Shown here: in pieces, positions 48,412-59,759 of the stretch
Layout: each line of letters opens with the position of its first letter
How positions within the stretch are numbered: position 1 is the first letter of the stretch
Assembly (NCBI GenBank): GCA_043228905.1
Contig: JBHGNT010000003.1
Coordinates: 9,300,001-9,364,000 of the forward strand
DNA: 64,000 nt
Reading direction: 5' to 3'
DNA from: Azolla caroliniana
Taxonomy: Eukaryota; Plantae; Polypodiophyta
The notes under the pieces: model-generated
The model's database searches: none
What the model was told of the DNA's origin: nothing
Seen by the model: only the letters and a program-made list of their open reading frames with translations
Translations under genes and position numbers: made by a program

Positions 48412-50869
48412 TTAAGACATGTCTGATGGACTAGAAGAGCATTCTGACGTCTCATCCTCATTATCAATGGCAATCAATGCATTATCTTCGTCCAATTCCA
48501 AGCCAACATCTTTGTGGTTATGAGAATTGCTTCTGGTTAGTCTTTGTACATTGTTTGATACCATATTTAGGATTTTCTCCTTTATTATCTTGATGGTGGC
48601 TTGTCTTAGATGGCCTGATTTTGTCAATGAGAAGTCGTATACTAGTATGTCAACACACTCTAGTGCGAGAGTAGCTGTGCTCGGTATATTCTTTCTTCTT
48701 CTCTTTCTGATTGAACATCCGACATCCTTAACCATCTCTAAAGAATACTTCCCATAAATGCATCAGGTGAAGATGTCTGATACCAGTGGACCACAATTGA
48801 ATTTGTCTGATTGCCTTCTTCATCCTTCACTAATTCAATAATTTTTGCAATCCAAAATGGATGGCCCAAGTTATCACCCCCAGCTAATGTTGCGACCAAC
48901 ATTCCAACTTGTAGTTCTTGCAAATTACCTTGCCATCTTGCCTCAACAATACGTGACTTTCTTGGTCCCACGTAAATATCTCTTTGTTGTGGTCGAACTA
49001 AATTATGAAGCTCTATATTATTCGATGGTTGATGATGAGTCGGCGATATCATTGATGGCGATATCAATAGAACTATCGGGTGCCACATTTTTATGATCAT
49101 CATATGGCATTTGCTGTGCACCATGCAATGGTGCATCTGGGATATGAAGTAGGAGCCTACAACGTTCTTGGGGCTCCCATTGTGTACTAGATGAGTATTG
49201 TTTGGCAAACAACACCGTCATCTTGAGGTGGGCCGAGGTTTGTTTTATGAGGAAGACATGGTTGAAACTTATATTATTAAGAGGTGCAAGCACCCTACAT
49301 TTAGTCCCATCACCATCCATGCAGAAACGTTTTAAGTCGTACACTTCATTCAAGTGATGTACTTCAGGCATTGGTGCATATGCTGCACTTATCAATTTTG
49401 ATAGCGTGGTAAGCGTGAAAGCATTACAACGAGCTAGTTTCTTTGAGAACCTACTAAACATTTGATCTATGTGATCATGGGTATGACCAACTAATAAGAA
49501 GTTGACCTTTATCTTTTTAAATATGCCCCTCTCTACTAGCATGCTTAGATAACCGAAGACAATTGAGTTTTTATTCTCTCTTGATGTGTTGTCTAGTTGC
49601 ACGTATAGAACTGGCGGTATTATGCCTGACCATGATTGCAATACTCTGTGCATGACGGTGACAATGAGATTAGGGTCGTTGTGGATATTAGGATAAGTTA
49701 AGAATAATTGTGGCCTTATTGTTTGACAATATGTCAAACACCCTACTAGATGCATTTGCACGAGGCACTCATCTGCAATATCTTTTGAGAGTCGTTGGAA
49801 ATGCGGCAAACAAGTCTTCTTTTGATCCATGCCATAAATAATCATGCACATATACTTTTCGGGAGATTGAAGCGCTTTTTGTCGGTGATGCATAGCTTTA
49901 GAACGTTCCAATGCTTGACTTTCACGATGTTCTTTTAATAGGTTCTTGTAATTCCTTATCTCTACATCTGATTTTCCACCCTTGGCCATACTTTTTAAAC
50001 TTGCACATATTGAGTAGACTCTCATTCGTACCTTTCGTGGGATAATCACATTGTTAAATTGTAACCTCCACAATCGATTAAAATGTCTATACTTTATGTA
50101 AGGTGCATCATCCAAAACCATTTCGATCGAATGGTACCCACGATCCCTTCAGAAGACACTCTTGAACTCGTTCCAGCCGCATATTTCCAATGCTATGAGC
50201 GATTTTAAAAGCGGCTTGACAACACTTAGTATATAGTCCAAGGAAATATTCAACCTACGTAGAATTAGACCTTGCGTTGTGATCCATTTTAAGTTGCATA
50301 TGCAAAAGAAGAAATGTGTCCTGATCTTCCCCATTAAGCGACAAATATTTTTGTCGTGTTTCACGTAACCTCGACTTTCCATAAGTTGAAAGGCAAAGAT
50401 TCGCACAACATGTTTTGTTCAAGTCACAAAGAAGTTGACGATCAGAACATAAAAAATTAAATCTCTTTTCACTAACTTGTCGAGGAATTGTTTTAAATGC
50501 AAGTGGTTTACTAATACTACTGTTATCTATAGAAGTATCGTCCGCTTCTAAGCTTACATGAAGAAGGCCATCAACAAGATCAATTGAAAAAAGAGAATTC
50601 GAGCTACTAAGAGCCTCACTTTTCTGTTTTTGACGTGATCCTTTCGAATGTATCTTGTAATCGTACTCTTCGATTAAGAAATACGAGTTGTTGGACAAAG
50701 AAAAAGGGGCAATAGAAAAAAAAGACGTTCTACTTGTAGAAGAAGACATTCTCAAAACTATCAAGACAAACCCTGTGGCACTACCATCAAAGGGCGATAT
50801 ACCGAACTCCTCTATAGAAAAGATTAAGGAATGTTGAATCTTTACTATATAACTATTAGAACTAGACAT
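48412..50869 (-). pseudogene. DDD/E transposase, Sola-like, frameshifted, with an extra C-terminal domain
   Basis: Cys-rich N-terminus (CCANLC...R..Y.SL...QDTFL; CCQAAFKIAHSIG..RL.RV). Core YGMDQKK..LP / LDNTSRENKN / FLLVGHTHDHIDQMFS. C-terminal VGMLVA...HPFWIAKI...IVVHWY. Confidence 0.78.
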
Positions 50870-51053
50870 GAGTTATTGGTTACACTATAACACTTTTTAG
50901 TAAGAGAAATTTCAAAAAAATTTAATTAAAAAAAAAAACATTTATATATACTGAAGTTTCAAATTTCATTTTCATTATCACGACAAAGAATCCATCAAGC
51001 TCAGAGCACAGACTAATTTCAAGCACTCCGAAGCACTACCTCCACCAGGCATC

Positions 51054-54000
51054 ATGAACAAGGGAAAGAAGATCGCCAGGTTAGCAATATTCTTTACATT
51101 TTTTAAGATTCTAAAAGATTCCTTAAAGATTTCTTTTCACAATAAGCAATAATCCCCAAATAAAGGAAACACACCATCGAATTAAAATGCACTTAAACTT
51201 CACTAGATGGTTAAGGAGAATTCATGTTACAATCCTTAGCAGTGCATGGGATTGTGGTTGAAAGGAGTCCCATGCACAACATCGGATTTTGGTGGAAGAT
51301 AGCCCTCCTTTCAACCACAATCCCATGCACTACTAAGGATTTTGGTGGAAGGTAGTGCCCCTCAACCAAAATCTGATGCACTGCATCGGATTGTGGTTGA
51401 AGGCCTTGATTCAACCACAATCCCATGCACTACTAAGGATTGTGACATGACTGCTCCCTCCTTTCAACGAAAATCCGATGCAGTGCAACGGATTTTTGTT
51501 GAAAGGCCATCCTTTCAATGAAAATCCAATGCACTGCATCGGATTTTCGTTGAAAAAATAGGGTTTTGGAGATAGAAAATTTATGTCCCTCATCACAGTT
51601 TTCTCATCATTTTGATACTATTTTTAGTGTTTTGCATTTAATTGTTCTTTATTTTACTGCTTTCTCCATCGTTTTTGTTCAAATAGTATGGTCTTGTTCG
51701 TAATTAACCTAAATAGGATGTTGCCTTAATTTCAGTGACTCTCGTCAAAAAGTTCCTTCGTTTAAACTAAAGATTCAAACTCCAACAAAGCAAGATTCTG
51801 ACTCTTTTGTCAAAGATGTCTCTAGAAGGACTCTATTTGACTCAATGAGGGATGGAGCATCTAAGTCTGATGTTGCAACGACCAAAAATAACAAGGGTGG
51901 GGCCCATGAAGAGAAAACATCTGAACTTAAATATAAGAATTACCTAGAGTTAGAATGGTGTCTCTCTTATGTCGAGGAAGATGGGGTGTTGCTCTTAATA
52001 ATAGCTAAGTCAGACGGTAAAGGAAAATTGGAGCTTGGAAAAACATTTAACTATGGAGATGTAACCAAGCTAGAATATGAAGATAGTGATTCTTCGAGTA
52101 TTATAATCGATGTCTCGAGCTCTGTTGGCTCTAGACGATTGCGTCTTGACGAGGGAAACCTGGTAGTAGAATGTTACAACCCCAAGTCATTACGTAAAGA
52201 CATTCAAACGAAGAACAACTTATTAGTTGCACTGCGGCCATATGTGACAGGAGAAACGATGAGCGGTGAAGCAAAAACTCCACCAAAAAAGTCTAGAAAG
52301 ACAAATCAGGTTCATAAGAAATACAACAAACGACCACGACCCGACGAAGATGATGAAGAGGTTTTAGAATTCGTGGAGGAAGAAGAAGAGCACCAAGTCG
52401 ACATCGTGGCTCCAAGAGGTCAACTATCTTCCGGTGTATTGACGTCTGAACAAAATAAAATAAGAGAAAATATTGCTAAGACAAAACTTGTGTGTAAGGG
52501 GCAACTATTTCATTTGCCAATTACTTCAATCTAAAAGCCTCCAATTGATCCCTTGACTGGAAGACGTCCCCTAGAAATTAGAGAGCCGCAAGTTGTCCAT
52601 GTGCAAAAGCGACTTGGTAATCGAGGATTTAGCAGAAGATATGAAACTTTTACCTTGGAGGTCATTACAGGGTATTAAAGATGATAGGCTATTAATATCG
52701 GTGCTATCTCGAGTTTTTGCCAAGGAATTTAGTTTGGACGAGATGGTTACAGAATTGCAAAATTAAGGGTTTATAGTATACAATGTTTCAGGATATTCTT
52801 CCATGATTATTGTTTTTTAATTTTTAATTTCATATCTATTGTATAGTCACAAGGTATACATGAAGATTCAGGAGTTGATGATGCAAAAATTGAGTTTACC
52901 GACATGGGAAGAAGTGGAGCAAGCCTGCCCGATAACTTCTTCCTACAAGGCATTGTGAGGAATATTTTATTGTTTTTAGAGAATGGTTATGTGTCATTTG
53001 AATGTTAATACATTGAAAGGTAATGTTCTCTCCTAACAACATTGACACTTGCAAAAACCATCGAAATAAAAAAAGACCAACGACAATAATGATGGTATTC
53101 CAGCTGCCTTTATCACACACTTAGAACATGCAAAGTATGAGAAGAGAATGACCAAAGGGAAAGAGATGGAACTGCCTGAGGATTCGGAGATTGTGAAGAG
53201 TTTTTTGCATAGGTCTGATCCTCATAAACAGTTACATTATAGTGTATTTAATGGGGAAGTATCACAAATGCTCAATCTGTTACCAAGAAGGCACTACACT
53301 TTGTAGATAGTCGACATACCATATGGATTCCGAATTGCAGGATCAACATATGATGATGTGCCTTTCAAGTACCCCCAAATCAAGAAGATGGTAAAGGATT
53401 TTGCCGAACTGACATTGGCCCCCTTGTGGAGGATAATTATATTCCATAACATGGGGCAATCACTGTCAGTCACAACAGCTCTGAAGTTACGTTGTCATGC
53501 CACTGAACACATGCATTGGTGTGTTACAGTTTGTTTTTAATCATTATGATACTTGTTATTATATGTTGACATTCATATCTCTAAAACATGATTTTATTTC
53601 TTTGTAGGATTAAAACAAATATTACACGTAGCCCTGGCTATTGAATGGTTAGTGCGGTCGAAGATTTTTGTGTGGGTTACTATGAATCAATAACAAAGAA
53701 GAAGGCTAGAGCACATGTCAACGAGTGTAACGTGGTAAATTATATCATGTGCCCAGTTGTCACAAAAAAATTAAGGCATGTTTCAGGTGATAAGAGTATG
53801 GTGAATCCTTATCAAAAACCTCAAAGATTGATCAACCGCCTCCTAGAGCTCTTCTCGAATCCAGATGATTGGGTCCTAGACTTGTTCTCTGGCACAGGTA
53901 TATAAAATATATTTACTTTGATTTGTGTAGATCAAGTTTAAGACTTTAATTCTTATATATACTTGTTCGTGTTCATGCGGCCATTATGTACTACAACAAC

Positions 54001-54337
54001 TTGTGCATTGAAGATGTTTCGAAACTATCTTGCGTTGGAGAAGGACCCTACACAAGTTAACTTCATCAAAATGAGGATCACAAGAATCTGAGACTGTCCA
54101 GATCAAGATCAAGAAATCAGAGCTAAGCACATCAATGAGACAGAGATGTTCCAAATGACTTCACGAGAACCAATGTAACCTATTGATGAAGAAGTAGGGG
54201 AGCTTGTGGACCTAGAAGATGGAACACAATTTGAACATACATCAGATTCAGGAGAGCGTGGAGATGACACAAACGAGAATAGTCTAGAACAATCAGCGCC
54301 TGAAGAGCCTAGTGTGCCAGATTTGCTTATAGATTGA
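51054..54337 (+). pseudogene. Intron-containing beta-class N4-cytosine/N6-adenine DNA methyltransferase-like gene with a long N-terminal extension
   Basis: ATG 51054; GT-AG intron 51080-51735 splices in frame onto the 51845 ORF. Motif IV IVDIPYG (DIPY at 53313-53324), then WIKTN...E, NPYQKPQRLINRLLELFSNPDDWVLDLFSGTG (motifs X/I) and TTT.CAL..FRNYLALEKD. Further introns at ~53519-53608 and from ~53898. Several stops. Confidence 0.82.
51228..51556. repeat. Array of ~7 palindromic ~45-bp units inside intron 1 of the methyltransferase-like gene
   Basis: TTTCAAC(G/C)AAAATCCGATGCA-N-TGCATCGGATTTT(C/G)GTTGAAA-type units. Confidence 0.85.
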
Positions 54338-57300
54338 TTTAGATGGCATAATGTATACTTTGAGGATTTTTGAGGCATAATGTATACCTTGACTTGATAT
54401 TGTTTTTGTATATGAGAACAAAAGTAATCGTTTACCGTTTAATTTTATTCACCCGTTCATAATTTCACTTTTTAATCATTTTTTGAACTGTAATTTGTAT
54501 ATACATATGATTGGTCACCATGCTCTTCTCCAGTTTGGGGTATTAACATGATATTATACTTTCTCATTTCTCCTAGCATGATTATATACATGAACTTGTG
54601 AAGGTTCTTGATAATAAAAGGTTTTCAGTTAACTACGTTCCAAGACTGTTGGTTTCAAATAGTATAAATGAACATGGTACATAATTGTTACTCTTACCAA
54701 TTACATTGTGATGGATTATATGACATTATACAACGAAACTATCGATATACCTGTCCAACAAGTGGGGGACTACTTTTTTCCTCAACCCTAAACCACATAT
54801 TAACATTTAGGGTTTATGTAGTTTTACTTCTACAATTTGAATATGGATACCAAATAAAGATGTTTAATATTCAACCTAGTATTCAATTGTACTCCAGGAT
54901 ATACAAATTGGCATGAAAACTAGATGTATACAATTCACCAAATGCCTGGATTTTATTTGGTTCTATATTTCACCATCCATTCGCAAAATAGGTACGCATG
55001 CATTGTACATTTTCGAAATCATGCTAAATTAGTGTACTTTTCTGCATCTGACCAACTATGGCAAAAGAGAATACGACATATTACCTATTTCAAATGACCT
55101 GGTGTTTCTTCAACTTCCTGCGCATCCAACTCCCCCCGATCTGCCACAATCTTTCCTACGCACCCGTATCGGCACACCACCTCCTCAATCGGGAATCGAA
55201 CAACGCCGCAATCGTCTTATTCTACAGTGCATGGCCCTCCACTTGGTTCGTCAAGTCTTCTCGCGCCAGCACCAGGTACCGCATTTGTCCTACCCCCATC
55301 GCCATCATCACCAAATCTACCATCCACTTGAAATGGACCGTCGACGGGTAGGTCGGGTGCAGTTCGTCTCGATGCCGGATCGTGGAGTGCATCTGGCAGC
55401 TTTTGCACATCATTACAAACCGGTGCACGTCCCGATATAGCCCCGACCACCAATACTTCTTCTTTAGCTTCTCGAATGTGGCCCAAGTCCAGTGGTGACT
55501 GGCCCAAGTACTCTCATAGTACGTCGCGAGCAGCATCTCCCGCTCCTCCTTTCCTGCCACTACTCGTAATGGGACGTTGCCTCTCTTTTTCGGATGCTTC
55601 GATAGGTTCCCGTCCCGTAGGAAGAACCAATACGCTTTCTTCCGGACCCGGTTAGTTTCGTCTTTCGTCCACATGGCATCCGGCATGATTGTCTTTAGGA
55701 ATCTACCGATCCTGAGCCACTCCCCTTCGTATTCACCCTTGCGAAACTCATTAAGCATTGGGGTCCTCCCTACCCTTCTCAGGTAAGCCGACTCGAAGAA
55801 GTCCTCGCCGACTTCTTCGTCCTCCACAACCATGTCGTCCTTGTCGTCGAACCGCGCTCTTGAAAGCATGTCGGCCCTGGCATTGTCCTTTCCAGAGATG
55901 TGCCGTATCTCCTGATTCAGGGACTTGATGTACACGATCCACCTGAGCATTACCAGGTCCGGCGTCGCGCATCCGGAAACCATTCCAAGGATCGGTAGGC
56001 AGTCTGTCTCGATTATTACCTCTGTCTTGATAAGATAATCTTTGTCAGCCTTGACTGCCGAAACAATACCCGAGAGCTCGCGCTTAACTTGGGCGTATCC
56101 TCGCTGTCGCTCACCGAGTACCTTCGCCCCGAACCGGATAGGGAACCATGTACCGCCCTTGTCCTCCTGACCGATCACCCATCCTATCCCGGTTAGCTCA
56201 TATCTACGGTTATATAGATCGGAATGTTCTTGCCGTAAACCGCTTCGCGGAGTGCCGGTGCCACGGTAAGCGCTTCTTTTAATCTCCGGACTGACTCCGT
56301 ATGTTCCCCGCCCCAGTCGAATTTGCGCCCTTTCTTTAGCAGCCTGTAGAGTGGTTCTGCGATGTGCGCGTAATGCGGAACCCAGATGTGGTAGAACGCA
56401 GACGCCCCCAGGAACCTTCGCACCTCCATTACCGACTTGCATTCCTCCTTCATCGCGGAAATGGCTTCGACCTTTGCCAGAGACGGTTTCTGGACATAAA
56501 GCCCGCACAAGTGACCGACCACTAAGATTTCTAATTGACCGAAAACCGATTTTTCTCCAAAGAAGGCGAGTCGCGCTCTCTCTAGCCTTTGTAGCACCCT
56601 TTCGCAGTCTTTGATGTGGTCCACAAAAAACCTCTGGCAACTGTCCGGTGCAACCAATTCATCCTTATCCTCCACCGGACACCCTTTTATTGGTATTTCT
56701 TCCAAAAAAGGCATGGTGATGTCCGAGATGCAGTCTCTCATCACTTTGTTCATAGCGTTCACCATGTGCGCCACTAAGTTGGGCCTTGCTTGTGGCAAGG
56801 TACACATCGGCACTAGGCCGAGAGAAGGCCGCATCGTCGTAATATCCCTGCTCTCCACGGCTAGTTGGAACTGGTCGTACCCCGAGTATAGATCCCCGAC
56901 CGAATAGATTGACCTTCCGGCGAAGGCCTCTACAAATTCGTCGATCGCCGGTCCAACTCCTTTGTTCCAAATGGTCACTTTATTGACCGGCTGCAGGTCC
57001 TGAATGAAGCACAACGTACCGTTCTTCTTTGGCACAGTAAACCACTGATTCGAATACGGGGCACTCGATGGTTCGAGGATGCCCATCTCCACTTTCTGCT
57101 TTAGCAGCTCTCTCAACTTCAGGATGTGAGCTCTGGGTACCAAAATCGGTTTAGATTCCACGGCACATGCGGCACTGTGAATATCACCATCGGTTCTACG
57201 ATCGTTGGGTCCACGCACCCGATCTCCTTCAGTGAGAATGCGAAGGCTTTCCTGTGCCTTCCGAGCATCCTCCGAAACTGTTCCTCCTCCGCTAGCAGTA

Positions 57301-57806
57301 GAAACCCACCCCCACCAACCTTGAGCTCCCACAGTGTTATGTCGGTGAACCAGTGTCCTATGGCGGCCGGATTCCGCAAACTCGGGTCGGACACGACCCC
57401 CTTTATCCACTCCCTGCTGCTCTCTGGCAAGGGAGCCGCGACTGGCCTCACATTCCGGTCCACAGTCTTCTACCTCGTATCCACGCGGGCCGTCCGATCA
57501 GACCCGACCCTTTCCCCAAAGTCAGCGATAACTTCGTACATCTCCACATAACTAACCAGAACCGTCCGGTCATCATTGAGGCCTTCTACGAACACCTTCC
57601 GTAGTGCCCCCAAGGTGTCGTCAAAAGAGACCGCCTCCACGGCGCCGCTAATTTCTTCATTTGGGGCGAGGACTCTGCACGTCCTGAGTTGTTCCTCCGC
57701 CCATTTCCTTTTCTGGCCGCTGACGCCGGTTATAGTACAACCTCCGTTATTGGAGAACCAAAATTTCCTTCCTATGGTACATGTCTGGGGTTTCTCCATG
57801 GTGTCC

Positions 57807-57850
57807 GGACTATCGCGGCCCGACGCCTTGATAGACCTCTCTAAAAATCC
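57807..57850 (-). promoter_or_regulatory. Putative -1 ribosomal frameshift signal between Gypsy protease and RT
   Basis: G GAT TTT TAG followed by stem GGTCTATC...GATAGTCC; the -1 frame is open into MEKPQTC. Confidence 0.7.
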
Positions 57851-58817
57851 CCTCGGCTCTCGCGATTACGCTCGTGGTTTGCCCGTACGGTCAGGAATTG
57901 GATGGAGCGACGTCCGTCTTGGGTTTTGACGCGCGCGTATGCCAAACCGTTGTCAAGCACTTTGGTCTCCATGTGTGCCGCCGTTATGTATGGTTCGCCG
58001 AGAATCACTGGGTGTGAGGACGTCTCCTGCACGAAGAAGTGTTGGTCAATCTCGACATCCCTAATCTTCACGCTTACATTTGGGCACGCCCCATGCAGTT
58101 CTTTTGTAGCACGTGTCGCCGCACATATTTTTCAGTTGTGCTTGGTGTTGATGGGCCACTTCCCCTTTTTGTAGAAGTCCATGGACATCAGGTTGATCTC
58201 CGAGCCGTGGTTTATCGACGCCACCACCGGCTCCTCGACGTCGCCGATCCGAACAGGGGTCTCAATCGTGGCCCTGGCCCAGTTTAACTTCGAATAATGG
58301 CTTTCCGCCAACTCGGTCTCTAGGGCCGTGTCTTCCAGGTGTGTCGTCCACACCTCCACGGGGCTTCTCTGGTTCTGGCTCCGTCGAGAGTCGCCTCTGC
58401 TTCACCAGGTCCAGGATAGAATCGTGGAACTCCTTCTTTGTGATCCCAAGCACTTCCCCTAACGATAGCTCAACCTTGTTGTCGAGAATCCGCTCCTCTA
58501 GGACCTTCCGTAGGTCCATGGTTCTTTCAATCTCAGTGCTCAGCCGGTAACCGGCTAGCTTGGGTTTTTCTGGCATGCCGGGACTACCGGCATCGTTCTT
58601 CTTTGGGCCGAATTGGGTCTCGTATCATTGTGAGGGTCCGGCTCCTCTACCCTTTCTTGCGCGCTTGTCCTCTACCAGAACCTCCTCCACGAATCCGGTC
58701 TTCTCCTTGAACGGGTCAGACAATCCGGTGACCTCCCAGACCCGCTGCTCTGCTCGGTCCGCTTCCTCCTTCCTCAGTCTTACGCCGGAGAGACCTTCTA
58801 CCACCAGCGGCCAGAAA

Positions 58818-59608
58818 TGTTGGTAGACAGGTCCCTCCGGATGAGAAGGGAGAAGAACAGTGCCGACGAACAAACTCGGGCGAGGCCGAAACGGAGAACC
58901 GGATGAGGAGTACCCGACTGTGGAGAGTCGGATGGTGTAGGCCCGGTATGAACCGGATGAGGAGTACCTGACTGCGGAGAACCGGATGAGGAGTACCCGA
59001 CTGCGGAGAGTCGGATGGTGTAGGCCCGGTATGAACCGGATGAGGAGTACCCAACTGTGGAGAGCCGGATGGAGCGAGTACCCGACTGCGGAGAACCGGA
59101 TGAGGAGTACCCGACTGCGGAGAGTCGGATGGTGTAGGCCCGGTATGAACCGGATGAGGAGTACCCGACTGTGGAGAGTCGGATGGAGCCCATCGAGGCT
59201 ACATTTGTAAATAGCCGAAAAGTCATATTAGTATAAATATGACTTAGGGCAAACTTTTAGTTATGTGTTGTCATTCTTGTGATTATTCTTTCTTGCGTGT
59301 AACTGTACAGAGAGAGAGAGAGAGAGAGACGAGGTCGTTGCCTCTGTTGTAACCGCCGCCTGTGGCGAAGATTTGAGAGCACGAGGTCATTGCCTCAGTG
59401 ATCTCACTGTTGTATATTTCTACATAGTGACAGTTTGCAGCTTGTGGGCTGCCGTGGTTTTTTCCCCTATTTTGGGGTTTTCCACGTATACCTCCTGTGT
59501 ACCATTTCTCCTCTTTTGTGTCGCGTTTCATTACCTGTTTTTTCTGTGTATGTAAAGAATCTCGGTTGTGGCCGAGAGTCGGACATAAGGAACGTCAAGT
59601 TCCCAACA
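58818..59608 (+). mobile_element. Solo LTR related to Copia-2, inserted in the Gypsy gag
   Basis: TG...CA termini, TSD AGAAA (58813-58817 / 59609-59613). Reverse complement of the 12308-13030 family, with full and partial 54-bp units. Confidence 0.92.
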
Positions 59609-59759
59609 AGAAACTGGAGTCTTTTGCTTTCCGTCCTTCATCACCCCCAACCCGAATTCCCGCCGATGCCGAGTAGTGGACGGTCTCTGCATGTCATGTC
59701 ACGGCTTCTTCCATCAATCGCCTCATTGAAGTCCAGGGCCTTCCGAGTGTCACTGGCGT

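Larger units (their letters stand above)
48085..55106 (-). mobile_element. 7.0-kb Sola-like TIR DNA transposon carrying a transposase and an amino-methyltransferase-like gene
   Basis: 32-bp TIRs (48085-48116 and 55075-55106, 30/32 identical: AACACCRGGTCATTTGAAAYAGGTAATATGTC). 4-bp TSD TCTT (48081-48084 / 55107-55110). Excision restores the Gypsy integrase codons ELDAQEVEELFDRLG. Confidence 0.92.
46694..59759 (-). mobile_element. Ty3/Gypsy element of the tRNA-Trp-PBS family; 5' part cut off by a same-family insertion
   Basis: 3' LTR 46694-47283 (TGTCG...CGACA) preceded by PPT GGTGGGGGTGGA. INT (EANGKVERGH), RH (ETDCLPILG), RT (DLYSGYDQF), PR (INHGSEIN) and gag fragments on the minus strand. 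Confidence 0.88.

Noticed and set aside
53200-54100. Bacterial contamination as the source of the methyltransferase
   Set aside because: It has GT-AG introns and lies inside a TIR/TSD-bounded insert within a plant retrotransposon.
48087-55104. CACTA/EnSpm assignment from apparent CAC...GTG ends
   Set aside because: Restoring the host integrase frame shows the ends are AACAC...GTGTT with a 4-bp TSD, and the transposase motifs are not TnpD-like.
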